This document shows positions 26,301 to 40,500 of a stretch of DNA of 64,000 nucleotides, piece by piece. Position numbers and translations under genes: made by a program. The notes under the pieces were generated by a model, which was not told where the DNA came from, ran no database searches, and was given only the letters and a program-made list of their open reading frames with translations. Within the stretch, counting starts at the first letter, position 1, and each line of letters starts with the position of its first letter. The stretch lies in assembly GCF_009914755.1 (NCBI RefSeq), contig NC_060948.1; one strand, written 5' to 3'. This stretch comes from the human T2T-CHM13v2.0 reference genome, Homo sapiens.

Positions 26301-29300
26301 ATGCCATTCCATACGATTCCATTCAATTCGAGACCATTCTATTCCTGTCCATTCCTTGTGGTTCGATTCCATTTCACTCTAGTCCATTCCATTCCATTCA
26401 ATTCCATTCGACTCTATTCCGTTCCATTCAATTCCATTCCATTCGATTCCATTTTTGTCGAGAACCTTCCATTACACTCCCTTCCATTCCAGTGCATTCC
26501 ATTCTAGTCTCTTCAGTTCGATTCCATTCCATTCGTTTCGATTCCTTTCCATTCCAGCCCATTCCATTCCATTCCATTCCTTTCCTTTCCGTTTCATTAG
26601 ATTCCATTGCATTCGATTCCATTCAATTCAATTCCGTGCTATTCAATTTGATTCATTTCCATTTAATTCCATTCCATTAGATTCCATTCCGTTCGATTCC
26701 ATTCCTTTTGAATCCATTCCATTGGAGTCCATTCACTTCCAGAACATTCCATTACAGTCGAATCCATTCGAGGACATTCCATTAAAGTTCATTACATTCT
26801 AATACATTCCATTCCATTGCATTCCATTCCATTCCATTCGATGCCATTCGATTCCATTCCATGCCAAATCATTGCATTCCTTTCCATTCCGTTCCTATCA
26901 ATTCCATTCCATTCGATTTAGTTCGATTCTATTCACTTCCATTCCATTCGATTCCATTCCATTGGAGTCAATTCCTTTCGACACCCAGTCTTTCCAGTCA
27001 ATGATTTTGGAGTCCATTTTTTTGCATTCCATTACATTCTATGACATTCGATTCCGTTTCATTGCATTCCATTCCATACATTTTTATTCCATTCGAGACC
27101 GTAGCATTCTGCTTTATTCCAGGCCTGTCCATTACACTACATTCCCTTCCATTCCAATGAATTCCATTCCATTCCAATCCATTCCTTTCCTTTCGCTTGC
27201 ATTCCATTCTATTCTCTTCTACTGCATACAATTTCACTCCATTCGTTCCCATTCCATTCAATTCCATTCCATTCAATTCCATTCCATTTGTTTCCATTCT
27301 CTTCGATTCCATTTCTTTATATTCCATGCCATTCGATTCCATTCTATTGGATTGCATTACATTCGTGTTCATTCCATTCCAGACCATTCCATTTGACTCC
27401 ATTCCTTTCGAGCCCTTTCAATTTGAGTCCATTCCTTTCCAGTCCATTTCACTCCAGTCCATTACTATCCATTCCATACCTTTCCATCCCATTCCATTCC
27501 ATTCCATTCCATTCCATTCCATTCCATTGCATTCCATTCCATTCCATTCCATTGCACTGCACTCCATTCCATTGCATTCTACTCTATCTGAGTCGATTTT
27601 ATTGCGTTAGATTCTATTCCATTGGATTACTTTCCATTCGATTACATTTCATTCATGTACATTCCATTCCAGTCAATTACATTCGAGTTCATTACATTAC
27701 ATTCCAGTATATTCCATTGTATTCTATCCCATTCCTTTCAATTCCATTTCATTCGACTCCATTATATTCGATTCCATTCCACTCGAATCCATTCCATTAG
27801 AGGACATTCCATTCCAATGCATTCCATTCCATTCCATAGCATTCCATTGCATTCGATTCCATTCCATTTGATGCCATTCCATTTGATGCCATTCCATGAC
27901 ATTCCATTCCATTCGAGTCCATTCCGTTCCAATTCATTCCATTCCGTTTCATGAAATTCGAGTCCTTTCCAGTACATTTCATTCCAAACCCATCCAATCC
28001 CATCTACTCCATTCAATTCCTTTCCATTCCATTTGATTATATTCCATTGATTTGATTCCATTCAGTTTGATTCCATTCCGTGAAATTTCCTTCCATTCTC
28101 TTCCATTGCATTACTTTCCATTCAATTCCATTCCATTTCATTTCAGTCCATTCGCTTCCTTTCTTTTCGATTCAATTCCATTTGATTCCACTCCATTCTA
28201 TGCGATTTCATTCCAATCGATTCAATTCCATTCGATGACATTCCTTTCGTTTCCATTCCATTCGAGTCCATTCAATTTGAGCATTCGTGTCCATTCTATT
28301 CGAGTCCATTCCATTACCGTCTATTCTATTCCCTTCCATTCCTGTTGATTCAATTTCATTCCCTTCCATTCGATTCCTTTCCATTCGATTCCATTCCTTT
28401 CCATTCCATTCCATTCGTTCCCATTCCATGTGATTTCATTCCATTCCAGTCCATTATATTCGAGTCCACTCCACTCCATTCTATTACATTCAATTCCTTT
28501 TGAGTCCGTTCCATAACACTCCATTCATTTCGATTCCATTTCTTGCCAGTTTTCTTCCATTTTATTCCATTCCGTTCGATTCCATTCCATTCGATTGCAT
28601 TCCATTCGAATCCTTTCCATTCCATTTCATTCCATTCCTTTCTATTCCATTCCATTTCATTCGATTTGATTCCATTCTGTTCTATTCCATTCAATTCTTT
28701 TTCATTCCATTCGAATCCTTTCTATTGCAGTCCATTCCATTCGAGTCCATTCCAATCCCTTCCATTCCATTCCATTACAGTCCATTCCAATAGATTCCAT
28801 TCCTTTGCCTTCCATTCGAATCCATTCCATTCTAGTCCATTCCATTTGAGTCAATTCCATTCCATTCCATTCTATTCCTTTCCAATCCATTCGATTCCAT
28901 TCGATTCAATTCCATTTGATTCTCTTTCATTCTATTTTATTCCATGCCATTTGATTGCATTGCATTCCATTCCGTTTGATTCCAGTCCATTCAAGAAACT
29001 TCCATTCCAGTCCATTGCTTTCCAGTCCATTCCATTCCACTCTAGTCTATTCCACTCCATTCCTTTCCATTCCATTCCATACTATTCCATTCCATTCCTT
29101 TGCATTCCGTTTCCAATCTATTCGAGTCCATTGCATTCCAGTCCAATCCATTCGATTACATTCCTTTTGATTCCCTGCCAGTCGATTGCATTGCATACTA
29201 CACCATTCCAAAGGAGTCCATTCCATTCTATCTCAACACTTTCCATTCCACTCTGTTCGAGTCCATTCTATTCCAGTCCATTTAATTCAAGGGCATTCCA

Positions 29301-30422
29301 TTCCATTCCATTCCATTCCATTTCATATTATTCCATTCCATTCAATTCCATTCCAGATGATTCCATTCCATTCTATACCATTGCTCTCTGTTCCATTCCA
29401 TTCCATCTGTCTCCATTCCTTTCGTTTCGATTCCTTTCCATTCCATTCCATTCCATTTGATCCTATTTTATTAAATTGCATTCTATTCGAGTGATTTCCA
29501 TTCGAGTCCTTTCCATTCGATTCCATTCCATTCTATTCCATTCCTTTGGATTCCATTCCATTCCGTTCCGTTCACATCAATTCCTTGCGATTCCATTACA
29601 TTCGATTTCTTCCCATTCGATTCCATTCCTTTTGACTCCATTTCAATCGATTCCATTCCATTCCATTAATTTCCATTCCATTCGAGACCTTTCCATTACA
29701 GTCTTTTCCCTTCGAGTCCATTCCGTTCGATTCCCTTCCATTCGATTCCATTCCATTGGAGTCCGTACCAGTCGAGTCCATTCTATTCCAGTCCATTAGT
29801 TTCGACTCCATTGCATTCGAGTGCATTCCATTCCGTGGCTGTCCATTCCATTCCGTTTGATGCCATTCCATACGATTCCATTCAATTCGAGACCATTCTA
29901 TTCCTGTCCATTCCTTGTGGTTCGATTCCATTTCACTCTAGTCCATTCCATTCCATTCAATTCCATTCGACTCTATTCCGTTCCATTCAATTCCATTCCA
30001 TTCGATTCCATTTTTGTCGAGAACCTTCCATTACACTCCCTTCCATTCCAGTGCATTCCATTCTAGTCTCTTCAGTTCGATTCCATTCCATTCGTTTCGA
30101 TTCCTTTCCATTCCAGCCCATTCCATTCCATTCCATTCCTTTCCTTTCCGTTTCATTAGATTCCATTGCATTCGATTCCATTCAATTCAATTCCGTGCTA
30201 TTCAATTTGATTCATTTCCATTTAATTCCATTCCATTAGATTCCATTCCGTTCGATTCCATTCCTTTTGAATCCATTCCATTGGAGTCCATTCACTTCCA
30301 GAACATTCCATTACAGTCGAATCCATTCGAGGACATTCCATTAAAGTTCATTACATTCTAATACATTCCATTCCATTGCATTCCATTCCATTCCATTCGA
30401 TGCCATTCGATTCCATTCCATG
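23305..30422 (+). repeat. Units U8 and U9 (3559 bp each), near-identical tandem pair
   Basis: Anchors at 23305, 26864 and 30423; ORF translations from 23638 onward repeat identically at +3559. Confidence 0.92.
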
Positions 30423-33400
30423 CCAAATCATTGCATTCCTTTCCATTCCGTTCCTATCAATTCCATTCCATTCGATTTAGTTCGATTCTATTCACTTCCA
30501 TTCCATTCGATTCCATTCCATTGGAGTCAATTCCTTTCGACACCCAGTCTTTCCAGTCAATGATTTTGGAGTCCATTTTTTTGCATTCCATTACATTCTA
30601 TGACATTCGATTCCGTTTCATTGCATTCCATTCCATACATTTTTATTCCATTCGAGACCGTAGCATTCTGCTTTATTCCAGGCCTGTCCATTACACTACA
30701 TTCCCTTCCATTCCAATGAATTCCATTCCATTCCAATCCATTCCTTTCCTTTCGCTTGCATTCCATTCTATTCTCTTCTACTGCATACAATTTCACTCCA
30801 TTCGTTCCCATTCCATTCAATTCCATTCCATTCAATTCCATTCCATTTGTTTCCATTCTCTTCGATTCCATTTCTTTATATTCCATGCCATTCGATTCCA
30901 TTCTATTGGATTGCATTACATTCGTGTTCATTCCATTCCAGACCATTCCATTTGACTCCATTCCTTTCGAGCCCTTTCAATTTGAGTCCATTCCTTTCCA
31001 GTCCATTTCACTCCAGTCCATTACTATCCATTCCATACCATTCCATCCCATTCCATTCCATTCCATTCCATTCCATTGCATTCCATTCCATTCCATTCCA
31101 TTGCACTGCACTCCATTGCATTACATTCTACTCTATCGGAGTCGATTTTATTGCATTAGATTCTATTCCATTGGATTACTTTACGTTCGATTACATTCCA
31201 TTCATGTACATTCCATTCCAGTCAATTACATTCGAGTTCATTACATTACATTCCAGTATATTCCATTGTATTCGATCCCATTCCTTTCAATTCCATTTCA
31301 TTCGACTCCATTATATTCGATTCCATTCCACTCGAATCCATTCCATTAGAGGACATTCCATTCCAATGCATTCCATTCCATTCCATAACATTCCATTGCA
31401 TTCGATTCCATTCCATTTGATGCCATTCCATTTGATGCCATTCCATGACATTCCATTCCATTCGAGTCCATTCCGTTCCAATTCATTCCATTCCGTTTCA
31501 TGAAATTCGAGTCCTTTCCAGTACATTTCATTCCAATCCCATCCAATCCCATCTACTCCATTCAATTCCTTTCCATTCCATTTGATTATATTCCATTGAT
31601 TTGATTCCATTCAGTTTGATTCCATTCCGTGAAATTTCCTTCCATTCTCTTCCATTGCATTACTTTCCATTCAATTCCATTCCATTTCATTTCAGTCCAT
31701 TCGCTTCCTTTCTTTTCGATTCAATTCCATTTGATTCCACTCCATTCTATGCGATTTCATTCCAATCGATTCAATTCCATTCGATGACATTCCTTTCGTT
31801 TCCATTCCATTCGAGTCCATTCAATTTGAGCATTCGTGTCCATTCTATTCGAGTCCATTCCATTACCGTCTATTCTATTCCCTTCCATTCCTGTTGATTC
31901 AATTTCATTCCCTTCCATTCGATTCCTTTCCATTCGATTCCATTCCTTTCCATTCCATTCCATTCGTTCCCATTCCATGTGATTTCATTCCATTCCAGTC
32001 CATTATATTCGAGTCCACTCCACTCCATTCTATTACATTCAATTCCTTTTGAGTCCGTTCCATAACACTCCATTCATTTCGATTCCATTTCTTGCCAGTT
32101 TTCTTCCATTTTATTCCATTCCGTTCGATTCCGTTCCTTTCGATTGCATTCCATTCGATTGCATTCCATTCGAATCCTTTCCATTCCATTTCATTCCATT
32201 CCTTTCTATTCCATTCCATTTCATTCGATTTGATTCCATTCTGTTCTATTCCATTCAATTCTTTTTCATTCCATTCGAATCCTTTCTATTGCAGTCCATT
32301 CCATTCGAGTCCATTCCAATCCCTTCCATTCCATTCCATTACAGTCCATTCCAATAGATTCCATTCCTTTGCCTTCCATTCGAATCCATTCCATTCTAGT
32401 CCATTCCATTTGAGTCAATTCCATTCTATTCCTTTCCAATCCATTCGATTCCATTCGATTCAATTCCATTTGATTCTATTTCATTCTATTTTATTCCATG
32501 CCACTTGATCGCATTGCATTCCCTTCCGTTTGATTCCTGTCCATTCAAGAAAGTTCCATTCCAGTCCATTGCTTTCGAGTCCATTCCATTCCACTCTAGT
32601 CTATTCCACTCCATTCCTTTCCATCCCATTACATAATATTCCATTCCATTCCTTTGCATTCCGTTTCCAATCTATTCGAGTCCATTGCATTCCAGTCCAA
32701 TCCATTCGATTATATTCCTTTTGATTCCCTGCCAGTCGATTGCATTGCATACTAGACCATTCCAAACGAGTCCATTCCATTCTATTTCAACACTTTCCAT
32801 TCCACTCTGTTCGAGTCCATTCCATTCCAGTCCATTTAATTCAAGGGCATTCCATTCCATTCCATTCCATTTCATATTATTCCATTGCATTCAATTCCAT
32901 TCCAGATGATTCCATTCCATTCTATACCATTGCTCTCTGTTCCATTCCATTCCATCTGTCTCCATTCCTTTCGTTTCGATTCCTTTCCATTCCATTCCAT
33001 TACATTTGATCCTATTTTATTAAATTGCATTCTATTCGTGTGATTTCCATTCGAGTCCTTTCCATTCGATTCCATTCCATTCTATTCCATTCCTTTGGAT
33101 TCCATTCCATTCCTTTCCGTTCACATCAATTCCTTGCGATTCCATTACATTCGATTTCTTGCCATTCGATTCCATTCCTTTTGACTCCATTTCATTCGAT
33201 TCCATTCCATTCCATTAATTTCCATTCCATTCGAGACCTTTGCATTGCAGTGTTTTCCCTTCGAGTCCATTCCGTTCGATTCCCTTCCATTCGATTCCAT
33301 TCCATTGGAGTCCGTACCAGTCGAGTCCATTGTATTCCAGTCCATTAGTGTCGACTCCATTGCATTCGAGTGCATTCCATTCCGTGGCTGTCCATTCCAT

Positions 33401-36400
33401 TCCGTTTGATGCCATTCCATACGATTCCATTCAATTCGAGACCATTCTATTCCTGTCCATTCCTTGTGGTTCGATTCCATTTCACTCTAGTCCATTCCAT
33501 TCCATTCAATTCCATTCGAATCTATTCCGTTCCATTCAATTCCATTCCTTTCGATTCCATTTTTTTCGGGAACCTTCCATTACACTCCCTTCCATTCCAG
33601 TGCATTCCATTCCAGTCTCTTCAGTTCGATTCCATTCCATTCGTTTCGATTCCTTTCCATTCCAGCCCATTCCATTCCATTCCATTCCTTTCCTTTCCGT
33701 TTCATTAGATTCCATTGCATTCGATTCCATTCAATTCAATTCCGTGCTATTCAATTTGATTCATTTCCATTTAATTCCATTCCATTAGATTCCATTCCGT
33801 TCGATTCCATTCCTTTCGAATCCATTCCATTGGAGTCCATTCACTTCCAGGACATTCCATTCCAGTCGAATCCATTCGAGTACATTCCATTAAAGTTCAT
33901 TACATTCTAATACATTCCATTCCATTGCATTCCATTCCATTCCATTCGATGCCATTCGATTCCATTCCATGCCAAATCATTGCATTCCTTTCCATTCCGT
34001 TCCTATCAATTCCATTCCATTCGATTTAGTTCGATTCTATTCACTTCCATTCCATTCGATTCCATTCCATTGGAGTCAATTCCTTTCGACACCCAGCCTT
34101 TCCATTCAATGATTTTGGAGTCCATTTTTTTACATTCCATTACATTCTATGACATTCGATTCCGTTTCATTGCATTCCATTCCATACATTTTTATTCCAT
34201 TCGAGACCGTAGCATTCCGCTTTATTCCAGGCCTGTCCATTACACTACATTCCCTTCCATTCCAATGAATTCCATTCCATTCCAATCCATTCCTTTCCTT
34301 TCGCTTGCATTCCATTCTATTCTCTTCTACTGCATACAATTTCACTCCATTCGTTCCCATTCCATTCAATTCCATTCCATTCAATTCCATTCCATTTGTT
34401 TCCATTCTCTTCGATTCCATTTGTTTATATTCCATGCCATTCGATTCCATTCTATTGGATTGCATTACATTCGTGTTCATTCCATTCCAGACCATTCCAT
34501 TTGACTCCATTCCTTTCGAGCCCTTTCAATTTGAGTCCATTCCTTTCCAGTCCATTTCACTCCAGTCCATTACTATCCATTCCATACCATTCCATCCCAT
34601 TCCATTCCATTCCATTCCATTCCATTCCATTCCATTCCATTCCATTCCATTCCATTGAACTGCACTCCATTCCATTACATTCTACTCTATCGGAGTCGAT
34701 TTTATTACATTAGATTCTATTCCATTGGATTACTTTCCATTCGATTACATTTCATTCATGTACATTCCATTCCAGTCAATTACATTCGAGTTCATTACAT
34801 TACATTCCAGTATATTCCATTGTATTCGATCCCATTCCTTTCAATTCTTTTCATTCGACTCCATTATATTCGATTCCATTCCACTCGAATCCATTCCATT
34901 AGAGGACATTCCATTCCAATGCATTCCATTCCATTCCATAGCATTCCATTGCATTCGATTCCATTCCATTTGATGCCATTCCATTTGATGCCATTCCATG
35001 ACATTCCATTCCATTCGAGTCCATTCCGTTCCAATTCATTCCATTCCGTTTCATGAAATTCGAGTCCTTTCCAGTACATTTCATTCCAATCCCATCCAAT
35101 CCAATCTACTCCATTCAATTCCTTTCCATTCCATTTGATTATATTCCATTGATTTGATTCCATTCAGTTTGATTCCATTCCGTGAAATTTCCTTCCATTC
35201 TCTTCCATTGCATTAGTTTCCATTCAATTCCATTCCATTTCATTTCAGTCCATTCGCTTCCTTTCCTTTCGATTCAATTCCATTTGATTCCACTCCATTC
35301 TATGCGATTTCATTCCAATCGATTCAATTCCATTCGATGACATTCCTTTCGTTTCCATTCCATTCGAGTCCATTCAATTTGAGCATTCGTGTCCATTCTA
35401 TTCGAGTCCATTCCATTACCGTCTATTCTATTCCCTTCCATTCCTGTTGATTCAATTTCATTCCCTTCCATGCGATTCCTTTCCATGCGATTCCATTCCT
35501 TTCCATTCCATTCCATTCGTTCCCATTCCATGTGATTTCATTCCATTCCAGTCCATTATATTCGAGTCCACTCCACTCCATTCTATTACATTCAATTCCT
35601 TTTGAGTCCGTTCCATAACACTCCATTCATTTCGATTCCATTTCTTGCCAGTTTTCTTCCACTTTATTCCATTCCGTTCGATTCCATTCCATTCGATTGC
35701 ATTCCATTCGAATCCTTTCCATTCCATTTCATTCCATTGCTTTCTATTCCATTCCATTTCATTCGATTTGATTCCATTCTGTTCTATTCCATTCAATTCT
35801 TTTTCAATCCATTCGAATCCTTTCTATTGCAGTCCATTCCATTCGAGTCCATTCCAATCCCTTCCATTCCATTCCATTACAGTCCATTCCAATAGATTCC
35901 ATTCCTTTGCCTTCCATTCGAATCCATTCCATTCTAGTCCATTCCATTTGAGTCAATTCCATTCCATTCCATTCTATTCCTTTCCAATCCATTCGATTCC
36001 ATTCGATTCAATTCCATTTGACTCTCTTTCATTCTATTTTATTCCATGCCATTTGATTGCATTGCATTCCATTCCGTTTGATTCCAGTCCATTCAAGAAA
36101 GTTCCATTCCAGTCCATTGCTTTCCAGTCCATTCCATTCCACTCTAGTCTATTCCACTCCATTCCTTTCCATTCCATTCCATACTATTCCATTCCATTCC
36201 TTTGCATTCCGTTTCCAATCTATTCGAGTCCATTGCATTCCAGTCCAATCCATTCGATTACATTCCTTTTGATTCCCTGCCAGTCGATTGCATTGCATAC
36301 TACACCATTCCAAAGGAGTCCATTCCATTCTATCTCAACACTTTCCATTCCACTCTGTTCGAGTCCATTCCATTCCAGTCCATTTAATTCAAGGGCATTC

Positions 36401-37519
36401 CATTCCATTCCATTCCATTTCATATTATTCCATTCCATTCAATTCCATTCCAGATGATTCCATTCCATTCTATACCATTGCTCTCTGTTCCATTCCATTC
36501 CATCTGTCTCCATTCCTTTCGTTTCGATTCCTTTCCATTCCATTCCATTACATTTGATCCTATTTTATTAAATTGCATTCTATTCGAGTGATTTCCATTC
36601 GAGTCCTTTCCATTCGATTCCATTCCATTCTATTCCATTCCTTTGGATTCCATTCCATTCCGTTCCGTTCACATCAATTCCTTGCGATTCCATTACATTC
36701 GATTTCTTGCCATTCGATTCCATTCCTTTTGACTCCATTTCATTCGATTCCATTCCATTCCATTAATTTCCATTCCATTCGAGACCTTTCCATTGCAGTC
36801 TTTTCCCTTCGAGTCCATTCCGTTCGATTCCCTTCCATTCGATTCCATTCCATTGGAGTCCGTACCAGTCGAGTCCATTCTATTCCAGTCCATTAGTTTC
36901 GACTCCATTGCATTCGAGTGCATTCCATTCCGTGGCTGTCCATTCCATTCCGTTTGATGCCATTCCATACGATTCCATTCAATTCGAGACCATTCTATTC
37001 CTGTCCATTCCTTGTGGTTCGATTCCATTTCACTCTAGTCCATTCCATTCCATTCAATTCCATTCGACTCTATTCCGTTCCATTGAATTCCATTCCATTC
37101 GATTCCATTTTTGTCGAGAACCTTCCATTACACTCCCTTCCATTCCAGTGCATTCCATTCCAGTCTCTTCAGTTCGATTCCATTCCATTCGTTTCGATTC
37201 CTTTCCATTCCAGCCCATTCCATTCCATTCCATTCCTTTCCTTTCCGTTTCATTAGATTCCATTGCATTCGATTCCATTCAATTCAGTTCCGTGCTATTC
37301 AATTTGATTCATTTCCATTTAATTCCATTCCATTAGATTCCATTCCGTACGATTCCATTCCTTTTGAATCCATTCCATTGGAGTCCATTCACTTCCAGAA
37401 CATTCCATTCCAGTCGAATCCATTCGAGGACATTCCATTAAAGTTCATTACATTCTAATACATTCCATTCCATTGCATTCCATTCCATTCCATTCGATGC
37501 CATTCGATTCCATTCCATG
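30423..37519 (+). repeat. Units U10 (3549 bp) and U11 (3548 bp)
   Basis: Anchors at 30423, 33972 and 37520; U10 has a 15-bp duplication near 32130; U11 has a private 1-bp deletion near 34848. Confidence 0.9.
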
Positions 37520-40500
37520 CCAAATCATTGCATTCCTTTCCATTCCGTTCCTATCAATTCCATTCCATTCGATTTAGTTCGATTCTATTCACTTCCATTC
37601 CATTCGATTCCATTCCATTGGAGTCAATTCCTTTTGACACCCAGCCTTTCCAGTCAATGATTTTGGAGTCCATTTTTTTGCATTCCATTACATTCTATGA
37701 CATTCGATTCCGTTTCATTGCATTCCACTCCATACATTTTTATTCCATTCGAGACCGTAGCATTCTGCTTTATTCCAGGCCTGTCCATTACACTACATTC
37801 CCTTCCATTCCAATGAATTCCATTCCATTCCAATCCATTCCTTTCCTTTCGCTTGCATTCCATTCTATTCTCTTCTACTGCATACAATTTCACTCCATTC
37901 GTTCCCATTCCATTCAATTCCATTCCATTCAATTCCATTCCATTTGTTTCCATTCTCTTCGATTCCATTTCTTTATATTCCATGCCATTCGATTCCATTC
38001 TATTGGATTGCATTACATTCGTGTTCATTCCATTCCAGACCATTCCATTTGACTCCATTCCTTTCGAGCCCTTTCAATTTGAGTCCATTCTTTCCAGTCC
38101 ATTTCACTCCAGTCCATTACTATCCATTCCATACCATTCCATCCCTTTCCATTCCATTCCATTCCATTCCATTCCATTCCATTCCATTCCATTGCATTCC
38201 ATTCCATTCCATTCCATTGCACTGCACTCCATTCCATTACATTCTACTCTATCTGAGTCGATTTTATTGCATTAGATTCTATTCCATTGGATTACTTTCC
38301 ATTCGATTACATTTCATTCATGTACATTCCATTCCAGTCAATTACATTCGAGTTCATTACATTTCATTCCAGTATATTCCATTGTATTCGATCCCATTCC
38401 TTTCAATTCCATTTCATTCGACTCCATTATATTCGATTCCATTCCACTCAAATCCATTCCATTAGAGGACATTCCATTCCAATGCATTCCATTCCATTCC
38501 ATAGCATTCCATTGCATTCGATTCCATTCCATTTGATGCCATTCCATTTGATGCCATTCCATGACATTCCATTCCATTCGAGACCATTCCGTTCCAATTC
38601 ATTCCATTCCGTTTCATGAAATTCGAGTCCTTTCCAGTACATTTCATTCCAATCCATTCCAATCCCATCTACTCCATTCAATTCCTTTCCATTCCATTTG
38701 ATTAGATTCCATTGATTTGATTCCATTCAGTTTGATTCCATTCCGTGAAATTTCCTTCCATTCTCTTCCATTGCATTACTTTCCATTCAATTCCATTCCA
38801 TTTCATTTCAGTCCATTCGCTTCCTTTCTTTTCGATTCAATTCCATTTGATTCCACTCCATTCTATGCGATTTCATTCCAATCGATTCAATTCCATTCGA
38901 TGACATTCCTTTCGTTTCCATTCCATTCGAGTCCATTCAATTTGAGCATTCGTGTCCATTCTATTCGAGTCCATTCCATTACCGTCTATTCTATTCCCTT
39001 CCATTCCTGTTGATTCAATTTCATTCCCTTCCATTCGATTCCTTTCCATTCGATTCCATTCCTTTCCATTCCATTCCATTCGTTCCCATTCCATGTGATT
39101 TCATTCCATTCCAGTCCATTATATTCGAGTCCACTCCACTCCATTCTATTACATTCAATTCCTTTTGAGTCCGTTCCATAACACTCCATTCATTTTGATT
39201 CCATTTCTTGCCAGTTTTCTTCCATTTTATTCCATTCCGTTTGATTCCATTCCATTCGATTGCATTCCATTCGAATCCTTTCCATTCAATTTCATTCCAT
39301 TCCTTTCTATTCCATTCCATTTCATTCGATTTGATTCCATTCTGTTCTATTCCATTCAATTCTTTTTCATTCCATTCGAATCCTTTCTATTGCAGTCCAT
39401 TCCATTCGAGTCCATTCCAATCCCTTCCATTCCATTCCATTACAGTCCATTCCAATAGATTCCATTCCTTTGCCTTCCATTCAAATCCATTCCATTCTAG
39501 TCCATTCCATTTGAATCAATTCCATTCCATTCAATTCTATTCCTTTCCAATCCATTCGATTCCATTCGATTCAATTCCGTTTGATTCTCTTTCATTCTAT
39601 TTTATTCCATGCCATTTGATTGCATTGCATTCCATTCCGTTTGATTCCAGTCCATTCAAGAAAGTTCCATTCAAGTCCATTCCTTTCCAGTCCATTCCAT
39701 TCCACTCTAGTCTATTCCATTCCATTCCTTTCCATTCCATTGCATACTATTCCATTCCATTCCTTTGCATTCCGTTTCCAATCTATTCGAGTCCATTGCA
39801 TTCCAGTCCAATCCATTCGATTACATTCCTTTTGATTCCCTGCCAGTCGATTGCATTGCATACTACACCATTCCAAAGGAGTCCATTCCATTCTACCTCA
39901 ACACTTTCCATTCCACTCTGTTCGAGTCCATTCCATTCCAGTCCATTTAATTCAAGGGCATTCCATTCCATTCCATTCCATTTCATATTATTCCATTCCA
40001 TTCAATTCCATTCCAGATGATTCCATTCCATTCTATACCATTGCTCTCTGTTCCATTCCATTCCATCTGTCTCCATTCCTTTCGTTTCGATTCCTTTCCA
40101 TTCCATTCCATTACATTTGATCCTATTTTATTAAATTGCATTCTATTCGAGTGATTTCCATTCGAGTCCTTTCCATTCGATTCCATTCCATTCTATTCCA
40201 TTCCTTTGGATTCCATTCCATTCCGTTCCGTTCACATCAATTCCTTGCGATTCCATTACATTCGATTTCTTGCCATTCGATTCCATTCCTTTTGACTCCA
40301 TTTCATTCGATTCCATTCCATTCCATTAATTTCCATTCCATTCGAGACCTTTCCATTGCAGTCTTTTCCCTTCGAGTCCATTCCGTTCGATTCCCTTCCA
40401 TTCGATTCCATTCCATTGGAGTCCGTACCAGTCGAGTCCATACTATTCCAGTCCATTAGTTTCGACTCCATTGCATTCGAGTGCATTCCATTCCGTGGCT

